A stretch of 64,000 nucleotides of DNA from Lama guanicoe (lineage: Eukaryota), in the NCBI GenBank assembly GCA_013239625.1, contig MU056000.1:9110970-9174969 (forward strand), given 5' to 3'. Below are positions 40,761 to 51,521 of this stretch, one piece after another. The notes below the pieces were generated by a model. The model was not told the DNA's origin. It made no database searches and saw only the letters and a list, made by a program, of their open reading frames with translations. Positions within the stretch are counted from its first letter, which is position 1. Each line of letters starts with the position of its first letter. Both the position numbers and the translations under genes were made by a program.

Positions 40761-42369
40761 GGAGTCCAAGTTTACCGTCTATGTATTGGAGCACTGTGTA
40801 GACCAGGACTCAAAGTGTAAGAAGATAATAAAAATTTAATCAGTCTAATGAATGTGAGTCAATCTTTGGTTTTGGTTCTTCATTGTTCTAAGTATATTTT
40901 ACGCTTGAAGTTTTATTAGTATTGCCTCTATTGATATTTTCACAGACTCATACAAAGTATAAATTTCCTTAAAATCAACTATCTTTTATCATTAAAATAA
41001 CCTGTCTACAATGACTTGTGAGTCACTCAGCCAAGAGTAAAGGATGTTGTTCTTTTTAAATATAAAAGAAACTTTAAATAGAAGCAGCTCAAATGTAACC
41101 CAATGCACATTAATTACATACAAATTAGAAATATATTTATATTTTGTTGAACAGTTATTTATTTTTTATTGAGTTGTCTTCACAGTACTTTTCCATTGGA
41201 AAATAAAAACATATTGCATGTGATAACATTTAAGAACTGTAATAAAAGGTCTTTTAATTAGAAAAGAGCTGTTATTAAATTGTCATGCTTTTCCTGTGTT
41301 GTGAATTGATAGTCTGAGTAATTTATATGTATCTTTCATACCTTACTTATTAATTTCTACATAAACTTCATAGGGTTTAGCTGTTTTTATCCCTGAATAA
41401 TATCATCTCTGTGCACCTGAGCCAAGCAAATCCCGGTGTCTCCAGGTTATTAGACAGAGTTAGCAAAACACTTGCATCTGTAACACCTGGTGGCAGTAAA
41501 ACATAAGTGCAGATTGGACTCTTGAAAATTAGTGAAGTCTTTAGCATCTTGAGGATTTTGGCAACAATAAAAGTGACTACAAAGTAACACAAAGAAATCA
41601 AGTGGTGGAAATGGCTAATTTTGCTTCACTAGAGCCACCAAAGATATACAAAAATAAATACAATTTTGAGTTATCTCTTTCTGGTCTCCGTGTCATCCTG
41701 CTCAATTTTGCACAAGTGAGCTAAAGTGGGGTGAGCAAAGTGCCATAATCAAATGTAGGAAATACATATCTTTTTCAATTTTAAGAGAAGCAAAGCATCT
41801 TGACGTATCAGCTTCCGGGAGGTAAAGTAGAAACATGTAAAGAACACCATCAAAATTCCCATAGCCTGACTCCCGAAGAATCTTAAAGCAGAAAGAAACC
41901 AATTTAGTTCTAACTTAATTGGATGAAATTCAAGAGTAATCTATTGCAGACTACACTGAAATTACCCTGATGTTTGGCATTTACAACATATGTACTCGAG
42001 CTTCTCAGAAGGCTGATTGTTGCAAGTATTTCTCATGCAAATTCACCAGACACAGAGAAATGCATGCACTACGGAGTGCAGGGTGTTGGGCCTGGTTCTC
42101 AGTATGTCCCTGCGTAAGGACAGGTCTTTGAACAATTATCATACTGGTTATTTATGCTTATAAAGTGTAGAGAGAACACTTAGTATTTTAAAGAACAATT
42201 CTGTGTCTTTGAAAAATATCTCTGTCCTGTCTTCTGCTTTCATTAACAGTCATAAGCTTTTAATAGATTCTCCCAATTCTTTCTTTTTCCTTATTTCCAA
42301 ATCCCAGCTTCTCCCTCTTCTTTCCTCAGAAATTTTTAAACAATTTGAGCAATGACCACAGTATGCTTA

Positions 42370-43590
42370 CACTTTGAAACAACTCTTTCCATTTTGGAGT
42401 TGCTCACTCATTTGGCTTCTATGATATTCATTAGTTTCCTGGCCTTCTCTGCCTCCCTCCAGTTTCCCTTTCATGGTAATTCTTTAAACATATTTCTCCA
42501 TTCCTCTCCAAAAAGGTCAATATTAATTACCATCTTTATCGATCACTCCAAAATGTGTAATTTTCTCCCATGGTGTCCATGAATTTTAATATTTAATATC
42601 CAGCTGCCTGAAGGACATGGGTACCGAGAATATCCTTACGTATTTCTGTATAAATCCATATATGCTTGAAATTACCATCTTCTCTCTGAAACATGTCTGT
42701 CTGCCTTTATTTCATTTTTTCAGTATGTGGCACAATCATCCACACATAAACCCCAGAAGCTTGGAAGTTGTCCTAGATTTCTCTCCCACCTTAGTTTCTT
42801 ACCAACTGAAACTCTTTTTGCTAATAGCCTCCACTTCTAAGTCCATTCTACCACCTCCATGTTTCCTGATACCACTCAGGCTCTTCTAAATGCTCCTGAA
42901 CAATTCTGGTTGAGTTTACCACTGCCTCCCCCTTGCCCTTCAAATCCACATTTTACAGAACTGTCAGACTGAACTGAATAAAAAAATAAATAAGTAAATG
43001 AACACCAATGGATCTCAAAATGAAGTCCGCAGACCAGCATTACCACAATGAACTGGGAAATTGAGATGAAAATCTCAAGCATCATCCCAGAGCCATCAAA
43101 TCTGAAACCCTATGGATGGGGTCCAGAGTCTCTGTTTTACAAGCTTTTCATGTGATTCTGATGCATTTTCAGGTGTGAGAATCAACATTCTACAACATAA
43201 AGCCCAGGGCACATACATGTCCTCTGTAAGTTCTTCCTTCTTGCGGCCAGGCTATTTGTTTTGTCCACCTGAAGCATCCTTGCAATCTTTACTCATCTAA
43301 ATTCCCCAGTTCAATCATTTGGATGGTTCAGATGTCCTCACTTCCACGACTTCTTTTCTTACTCCAAAGATTCTCCGTCTTCCTGACTCCTCTAGTTTTT
43401 GGTGCACAGCCTTATACTTTTTTTGCCCCACAGTTTCCATTAGCTACAGTTTCTCCATTTTCTAAACAGCATCTCTCTGGGCAAAGAATGGTGTGCTATT
43501 TATTTTTGTATTCCCAAAGATTAAGCACACTGTTTACAAATGACAGATAGTCAATAAGACATTTTCTAATGTACTAAATAAATGAATAAA
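42370..43590 (+). mobile_element. LINE-2 (interrupted by MER5A)
   Basis: Sense L2 motifs 'cagctgcctgaaggacat', 'ccagaagcttggaagttgtcctagatt', and 3' end 'gtattcccaaagattaagcacac...aaataaatgaataaa'. Confidence 0.65.
43006..43187 (+). mobile_element. MER5A (hAT-Charlie)
   Basis: 'caatggatctcaaaatgaagtccgcagaccagca...ggatggggtccag...tgttttacaagc...gtgattctgatgca...gtgtgagaatca'. Confidence 0.8.
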
Positions 43591-44229
43591 TTGGATCATG
43601 GATCCTGCATCATTGATACTTTACATCCTTCACACAGAAGGAACATGTATACATACATGTAGCTCTAACAGATGTGCACTGCTTCCTCTATTATCCCATG
43701 AAATTCAGTATCTCTAGGCTTTTGCAGGAAGATGAGACTTTTATATTTTATTTATTCACTTTCAGGTTTAAACCTACAGCAACAAAAAATGGCAAAAACA
43801 TGTCTAAGTAGATGAGAAAGAGGTAACACCACATGAGTACTTTAGCCACAATCTGACTTCTAAGGAAACTGACAGAACCATTTCAAATGCAACATGTCAA
43901 CAGTTCTACTTGGTTCAACAGAGACCAGGAAAGATCTTGATATTGAAACATGCTTGAAAACTGAAGGAATGATTTAGTAAAAAGGGAGAGAATAATTAGG
44001 CATAAGAGAATGGCTAACTTAACAAAGAAAACTTTACTGAGTAGATAAAAATGGTGGTGATCTCAAGGGGATGCGTAGTGACTTGAGATGAGGAAGACCA
44101 CTCTGTATTGAGGGCAGAACCAACAGAGAGATGGCAAGACGAGCCCTAGGAATTAGGACATCTGCACAGATATTGCTGACAAGGCAATAATGAACACAGT
44201 GTACGAGTTTTTACAGTTTGGTATGAGAA

Positions 44230-44670
44230 AGACATAAAAAACAATCAAGAGATCTGACTAGGCACTTCACAAAGAGGAAAATTTAAGTTGACTTTGAAAC
44301 TAATGATAAAGTGCCCAAGCTCAATACAAATAGGAAAATGCCAATTAAAGCATTAGGAAACACTACAACAAGCAGCCAATGAGCAAAGACTAAGAAATCT
44401 CTTATTTTCTAGAGTGGGTGAGGACACAGGGTGACTAAAGCTCCCATCCCTTGCTTAGAGCAGAACATTTGAATATCAGTAACCAGACCCCGGCCACTGT
44501 ATCTTCACATATTTGCCAAAAATACTTGCACATATGTCCACAGTAAATATTCACAGTGGCTTTATTTAGAGTAAGTAGCCCCCAAAATGCAAAAACCAAT
44601 TGCTCACTAATAATAGATCTTAAAATTGTGGTATCATTCTTTTCAAAATTGAAAAAAAAGAATTATGCAG
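44230..44670 (+). mobile_element. Decayed L1ME ORF2 C-terminal remnant
   Basis: 'ggcacttcacaaagaggaaa...ggaaaatgccaattaaa...gggtgaggacacaggg...atacttgcacatatgt...attcacagtggctttattt'. Confidence 0.65.
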
Positions 44671-47146
44671 ACCTCCCTGCAAATCACCATTAAATAAATC
44701 AATAAATGCAAATATACATAAAGATGAAGAGAATGCTCAGGCCTATGGTCAATGCAATTATTTGACCGCCCCAGTGGGCACTGATTAGTTTAACTTTAGA
44801 ATGAGTCCTCTCCAGTACTAAGGAAGATGGATTTCTGAGAAGATGGTCAACACAGGGTAAAGAAGAAAATACGATCTGATCAAGGCAGTAAAGGGAATTT
44901 GATATTTTTCCTCCCTCTAATATACCCCCCAAGAAACCTTACAGTTTTTAATTTCTGCCCTCCCACCTCCATTCTATCAAGTAAATGGAATGCAAAAGAA
45001 AAATACATCACTAACTTTGATTTTCCCTATTTTATAGTACATCCATAAGATATTTATGTTCTCATCACCAAACCAAGCCAAACAACCAACCAACCAGCCA
45101 ACAAACAAAGAAACAAAGTTGAAGTATGAGCATGAAGAATTCATTCCATGGGAGCCGGCAAGAAGAATATTCTTTGATCAAAAGTTGAATAGAATTAGTT
45201 CTACATCTGATTCTGGATTCCAGTTCTGTGTTTTTGCTAATCATATAACATAATTCTTATATTAGAGAGGAGGTAATCTATATTGACTAAATGTCACTAT
45301 TTCTGATATACGGTGTATTTTAAAATCGTCCTTCGTCTGTGTGGAATTGCTATTCGGGACTAGATACAAAGCAAGAAAACGTGGAAGAAAGAGAAAAGCA
45401 ATTTCTCCTTGGTTGTTCTGAAAAGGAAGCAATTAAAGATTTTAAAATCAATACACATAACATCCACAAAGTAAAACCTCATTAATTGTGCAAAGATGGG
45501 GCAGTCATCATTACCAGAGAAGAACAAGATAGCATTTACCTCTAGAAAAGAAATGATGGCTCCATCTAACATTTAAAGTTCAATTATCTGAAAATGACTT
45601 TAGTTCTTTAATATCCTATAGCAGCAGTTTGGAAAGGAAAAGCTATGTTTTTTAAATACTGCTTTCAGTGGGTTTTAAAAGTTAAGCTCTATCAGAGACT
45701 TAACAGCTTGAAATGTTAATAGAAGAAGAGAATACAATTGAAGTAAATACAATTTGTTTTTACATCACAATTTCGTAGGGGAAGGTGCCCCCAAAACAAT
45801 TATGACTGCAGCTTTCAAACAACAATAACATTGGGTGGCAGACGGATCACCTGCGAAAGCTGTGAAGTCAAGATAAACTTTGACACGACGAAAACACTGG
45901 CCTGAAAAGATGAGCAAGAACGTAAAAATGGCAACAACCCTAGCAAGTAATTTGCGTATAGTGTTTCTGTGTGTGTATTTGTGTATGCGGCTGAAAAGAC
46001 ATTTTCCTCTCAAATATTTATGGGGATGCAAATGAACATCCCAGTCGGTTTAAATTATTTATTTCTGCATTTCCACTTTAAATAAACAGACATCAACCTG
46101 CATCTCTCTCCTTTGGTGTAAAAACATTTCATATCCAGAATTAGTTATGGAACATCAGGCTGTAGATTTGCCAAGATTCTCTTCTGCAAGCAAGGATATT
46201 TCTAACAAGAGAAATAGCACAGCCCACATCTCTGAAGTCCTTGGTGCCTGAAACACATGTGGTCCAGGGGTTTACCCATTGTTAGAACTGAGGGTACACT
46301 GTTTCTCCATTTCCCTCTCTTTGCCTCAGAAGGAGTGGCTTGATTTGGTAAATCTTCACCCTAAGGAAGTTAAGACTGACCCAGTACACTCATGCATACT
46401 TTCTGTATTTTCGAATATTTTAACTTCATAAAATTTTGAGACAAAATGCACAAAGTAAGAAATTTTAATGGCATATCTGTATATGTACTATTCTCATGAA
46501 TTAAAATAGTTTGTTTCAAAATAATGAGAACTTGAACTATTAATAATAATTACAAGGATTAAGAGTCATGTATATTAAAGTGAATATAGCTTTCCTTATT
46601 AATAAAAAAGTGCCTGTTTCTTTTTGTCTAGTACCATGTAAATGTCAAATAAATAGACTAAAATACATTTTATATATTATGTATATACAAATATGTAAAT
46701 TTATACATATGTGTATCTAAGTGCTTATATTTGAATCTATTTCCATGTGTATCATTTTGACATTGTTTTCAAGTGATTGTTACAGTTTTTGCCCATTTTA
46801 CTGCTTACTTTGTTGCCTTTTTCTTACTTTATTGTAGACACTTCAAAAACATATTCAAGAAACTACATTCTTGAAGTTCTGCAAGACTCTTAGGACAGTA
46901 GTAATAAGAATGAAGTTTAAGACGATACTGATGACTTAGGAAGCAGATTTAAGAGGAACATGGAAGGCTCCCTGTTGAGAGGAGCTGTACTTGATGGGGT
47001 GCAGTCTTAATTAAATTAAAATGTTGGTGGTATCCTTCATCCTCCACACATTAAGTTCCCCTTACACTGAACATCGCAGACCATTTATTCCAAAAGTTGC
47101 CTAAGCCTTAACACTGCCCCTGATCTGGCAACATACCTAACGGTTG

Positions 47147-47680
47147 TGTTGTAGATTGATTTACGGCCCTGCAAAAGATATGGTAAAATCCTTACCCCTG
47201 GTACCTGTGAGTGTGAACATTTTTGGGAACAGGGTTTTTGCAGGTGTAATTAAGATGTCAGTTGAGATGAGGTCATACTGGAGTAAGGTGGGTCCTTACT
47301 CCAGTATGACCTCATCTCAACTGACATCTTAATTACACCTGCAAAAACCCTGTAAGGACCCACCTTACTCCAGTATGACTAGTGTCCTTACAGGAAGAGG
47401 GGAGGAGGCACAAGAAGAGAATCATACAGAGGGGAGGTAGTGTGAACACCCGAGGAAAACAGTGTACAAGGGATGCAGCGATTGTAATGATGTATCTACA
47501 GACAAAGTTGCCAGAAACAGCAGAAGCTGAGAGAAGGCATGAAGCTGATTCTCTAGAGAGCGAGCCTGTCCCTGCCATCTTGATTCCAAACTTCTATCCT
47601 CAGAAATGTGAAAGAATAGATTTGTTTTAAACCGTTCAGTTTATGATAATTTGTTACAACTGCCACGGGGAAGGAATGTG
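47147..47680 (+). mobile_element. MLT1C-like MaLR solo LTR carrying a 69-bp internal rearrangement
   Basis: 5' 'tgttgtagattga...aaagatatgg..aaatccttacccctggtacctgtgagtgtga'; 3' 'ccatcttgattccaaacttctatcctcagaaatgtgaaagaataga...ttgttacaac'. Confidence 0.88.
47229..47353. repeat. Perfect inverted repeat: 60-bp arms (47229-47288 / 47294-47353), 5-nt loop tgggt
   Basis: Checked base by base: all 60 positions are Watson-Crick complementary. Pairing fails at 47228/47354 (a/a). Confidence 0.97.
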
Positions 47681-48459
47681 ATAAGAACACATTCCAATAT
47701 GTTCATTCAACTCAAATATCTTTTAAAAATACCCTGAAATCTTATCTGTTTAAAACACTGCGATAATATATGTGCCTCCCATATTACTGAGCAATCCTTT
47801 TTTCGAGTAGCTAATTGCTTAAAGCCTGGTGAGATTTTGCTTGATCACCAAAGACACTCTGGGGATGGTGGCAATAAAAACAAGGTTGCTTTGACTCTGG
47901 AAGTTGTGGAAACAGTCTACTGGGGGCAAGCGCAGAGGGAAAGTGACGAGATTATGTCAGGAAAGGGAGATGCAGAAAGCTGCTCTCTGTTTGAGACAGG
48001 ACTTCCATTTCCTCATGGAGACTCATTGTGTGCCCAGCAGTGCAACACTTCGCCGAGATGCTGGAACTAGAAGGCGTAAGTCTCTGAGCTAAGGAACTCA
48101 GTGTCTTCTCTGTCATAAACCTGCAGAAGGTATTCTCAAGAATTTCTATGGCAAATACGTAGACAAATATGTGACTTGCATTTTCTCCTGTCTTAAACCT
48201 TATGTTTTAGTTCCAGGAATCAATCTGGATCCTACAGCGATACTCCAAGTTAGCCCTTTCCCCTTGGTATTGGAAACCTTCGTGAATGACCTGTTTCTAC
48301 TCTCCTCAATGGAAGAAAGTTCTAACAGATCGAACTCTTCTTTTAACTATTGTCGCAGAGCGAATGATCCCAAATTCAATCTGTTTACTAATGGTCGCAA
48401 CAAATTACAAAAATTTAAAAGGCTAAAATGACTATATTTCTTATAATTTTGCCACTAGT

Positions 48460-48823
48460 GTATTTTTTTAGTCACTATGCAATTACCAGAAACTTAGGAG
48501 CTTAAAACAGCAACCATTCATTATCAGAAAGTTCTTGTGAGTCAGGAGTCTGGTCATGAAATAATTGGTCTTGCATGACAGTGTCCATCTGCCAAGCCAA
48601 CAGAAGAAATCTCTCTCTGCTCAGCTACCACAGAAACTTATAAAATGCATCATCACAGGAGTGACTGTCTTATTACCTTTGTCTTATAAAACATGGCATA
48701 ATCAAGGGACTGAATATCCTATTATAGTCACAATTCTCGCCTACACTCAAGAGGAGTGGAGTATTGAGGGTATGTACTCAAGACTGGATGTACTTGGGAA
48801 CCATTTTAGAATTCTATCTACAG
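48460..48823 (-). mobile_element. MLT1E-like MaLR LTR (partial)
   Basis: 'gcttaaaacagcaaccattcattatc...gtgagtcaggagtctgg' and terminal 'cttgggaaccattttagaattctatctacag'. Confidence 0.6.
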
Positions 48824-49256
48824 CTGTCAGGAATTAGGGAAGAACTTGTCTGTGCATTTCTTACTTGTTTGGGTCCTTCGTGGGATGAAGGCAGATGTCA
48901 GCTCTTTGCAGTCATCTGAAGGTTAGGCTGGGCTGTATACCCAAGATGACTTTCTCAACACGGCAATATCGTTGCTGGCCATCGTCTGAAAGATATCATA
49001 GAAGCACACAGGTTCTGAAGCATGGACAGTCAGACTTCTGAAATGGCAATTGGAGGGGGTCATTCTGGATCAAGTATTCAAATAAACGTGGTTGAAGCAG
49101 CATGGTCCCCTATGACTTGGCCTTGGAAAACTTTCTTTGTTATTTTCCTTATATGCTATTGGTTAAACCTGTTTCAAATCCAACCAGTTTGAGGGTAGGG
49201 GATCTTCAATGAGAGGAGTGTCAAATAACTTGCAGGCATGTTTTAAAATTAGACAC
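48824..49256 (-). mobile_element. MLT1F/G-like MaLR LTR (partial)
   Basis: 'gcagtcatctgaagg...ctgggctg..atacccaagatg' and terminal 'gagaggagtgtcaaataacttgcaggcatgttttaaaa'. Confidence 0.65.
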
Positions 49257-49915
49257 TGGAGTATAAGAACAGTGAGTCAAGTTACCAACCTGTATGAGGC
49301 TCTGTCTAAAAATTACAGTGATACCTACTTAATACAACTCTTACAATAAGAAAACATGGCAAACGTAGGGTACAATAATGCTAACTGGTTTTGTTCTGAT
49401 TTTCCCAGTGCGTGCCATTTTATCCTTCACCTGCTGTTTCACTAAGGGTCTTACCCTGTTTCTGTATTAAGAGAGGGCATCCCTGATACTTTCTCTGAGG
49501 GACAGTTTGCGTAAAGTGATAGCGTGTTCACTGATGAGAGAGTGAATTTTCAAATAATTCATTTGCTTGTGGGTTCACAGGCATTTTTCCTTAGTCAAAT
49601 TAGATCCACCTATTTGCACAAAACATACTTGAATCCTCTGCAATCTTTAGAGGTAAAGTTTCTTATTTTCCTCATTGCTACCTACAGCTGAAGCAGGAAG
49701 AGCCTCCATCTTTATCATCTTCCGTACAATTTAAAATTTTCTTTTCCAATATGACCTTATATAAAACAACAATTCTGAACACCTTTTCAATAGTCATAAT
49801 AAAGTCATTAAGTAGAATAACTTTCAGTCAGATTTTTGTGCAACTCATATATGTGGTTGAATACCCATAGTAGTTTCAAATTTGTATATTTACCTCTGTT
49901 TCTAAGCAATTTTTT

Positions 49916-50050
49916 CTTTTATATATATATTTTATTGAAGTATAGTCAGTTTACAATGTTGTGTCAATTTCTGGTGTACAGTATAATGCTTCAGTCATAC
50001 ATGAACATGCATATATTTGTTTTCATGTTCTTTTTCACTGTAGGTTACAA
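49916..50050 (-). mobile_element. Very short 5'-truncated young L1 (same family as 237-854)
   Basis: Shares 'ttgaagtatagtcagtttacaatgttgtgtcaa.ttctggtgtacag.ataat' with the copy at ~250-303. TSD caatttttt at 49907-49915 and 50051-50059. Confidence 0.9.
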
Positions 50051-51482
50051 CAATTTTTTAACTTAAATGTGTACTTGCTAATGTTCCCTTTTCTGCTTTT
50101 TATTCTAATGGCTTGAACTACATTCACTTAATTTAAATGCCTTAAATGAATGACTATTAATCAGTTGGTTAAGTTACCCTTTATCTTTTCTTTATTTAAA
50201 AGCCTAGCTTTATTATAATAAGTGAGAAACTTTTTCAATGAAGTAATTATGATGGCACTTAGAGAAATGCTGTAGCAAGTGAAATTGGTAATTAATGTGT
50301 ATTCAACCAAAATGTTAATATAAATAGTTTTAAAGTTATAGTTCTGGACATTTATGACTAAAGTATATTAATAAAGCACTTCATATATAGTAATATAAAG
50401 TTAGGTTTCATTATTTTTGGTAGTTTATGAGAGGTTGGTATTTCAGTTTGAAATGTACATAAATTAGAATTCTTAACCTTTAAAACAATTGGCCTATTTT
50501 AACTTGTAAGTGAACAAACATAGAAAAAATCGATACTTTTTACACATCAAGAAACATTTAAAAAATGTATAATTCAATGCTTCGTGCACAATGGATTCTG
50601 ATACTGTGAGTAACTTGGATTTCATGTTGGGATTAATAATGCTGGGTTTTTTTGTTCATTTCTTTACAGTTTTGTAGTTTCCTCTTGATGCTTTGCAGGT
50701 TCTACAAAACTGTGACTGATAGACTCCTGGGATGGGTCACCTGAGGAGATTCATTCAACCTTCCCACAGTTCTTGGGATATTTATTTTAAATGTTTTTCC
50801 CATAAGCACTTTATGTGTTCGAACAGACCCCTGGGCTCTAATAACTCAGAAAAGCTTACATTTGACTTTCAGCCAAACCTTTCTCCAAGCATATATTTTC
50901 CCCAAATGCCAAATTTGGAATTGTCAATACACAAATTCATTGTAAAACTTCAATTCATTATTCAGAATGGAAAATTGGAATACACCTAGTAATCTATCAA
51001 ATTGACAAGAAAAGTTATAGTTATAATGTTTTCCTGGTATAGCCCAGCTTATTACTTATTATAAATCTCCTCCTGGTCCCGCTAATTATTTAAACTCTTT
51101 ATTCTGAACACGGATACAATAATGAAACAAAACACATCACTTCTGTTTATTTTTAGGTAACTGTTGGGAAGATGAGAAACACTTATAAATAATATTCAAC
51201 ACTAATTAATAAAATGGCTTAATGGAAATGGGTCACAGCAAATTAAAAATATAACATATATCTCAAATATACCCATGCATATTTATCCCAACAATCAAGT
51301 GCCATATGTATGAAAGAACCTCTAGCTCGGTTTAGAAAGTCACTTACACAGTTTCACCTGCTGCTGGTGTTGGCCTACAAGGTAGAGTCATCATTTCTTA
51401 GGCTGACCACAATAACTGTTGATTTCAATGATGAAAAGTTGAAACTAAATTGCAGAAATAATGCCCAGGATGCACCTTTAAA

Positions 51483-51521
51483 CACACACACACACACACA
51501 CGCGCACACACTCACGCACAC
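51483..51521 (+). repeat. Interrupted (CA)n microsatellite
   Basis: Directly visible. Confidence 0.9.

Noticed and set aside
41483..41498. CTCF-like motif acacctggtggcagta
   Set aside because: Two mismatches in the core; a single short motif cannot be supported from sequence alone.
47294..47379. 17-bp direct repeats as a CRISPR-like array
   Set aside because: Only two copies, in mammalian DNA, and fully explained by the template-switch rearrangement.
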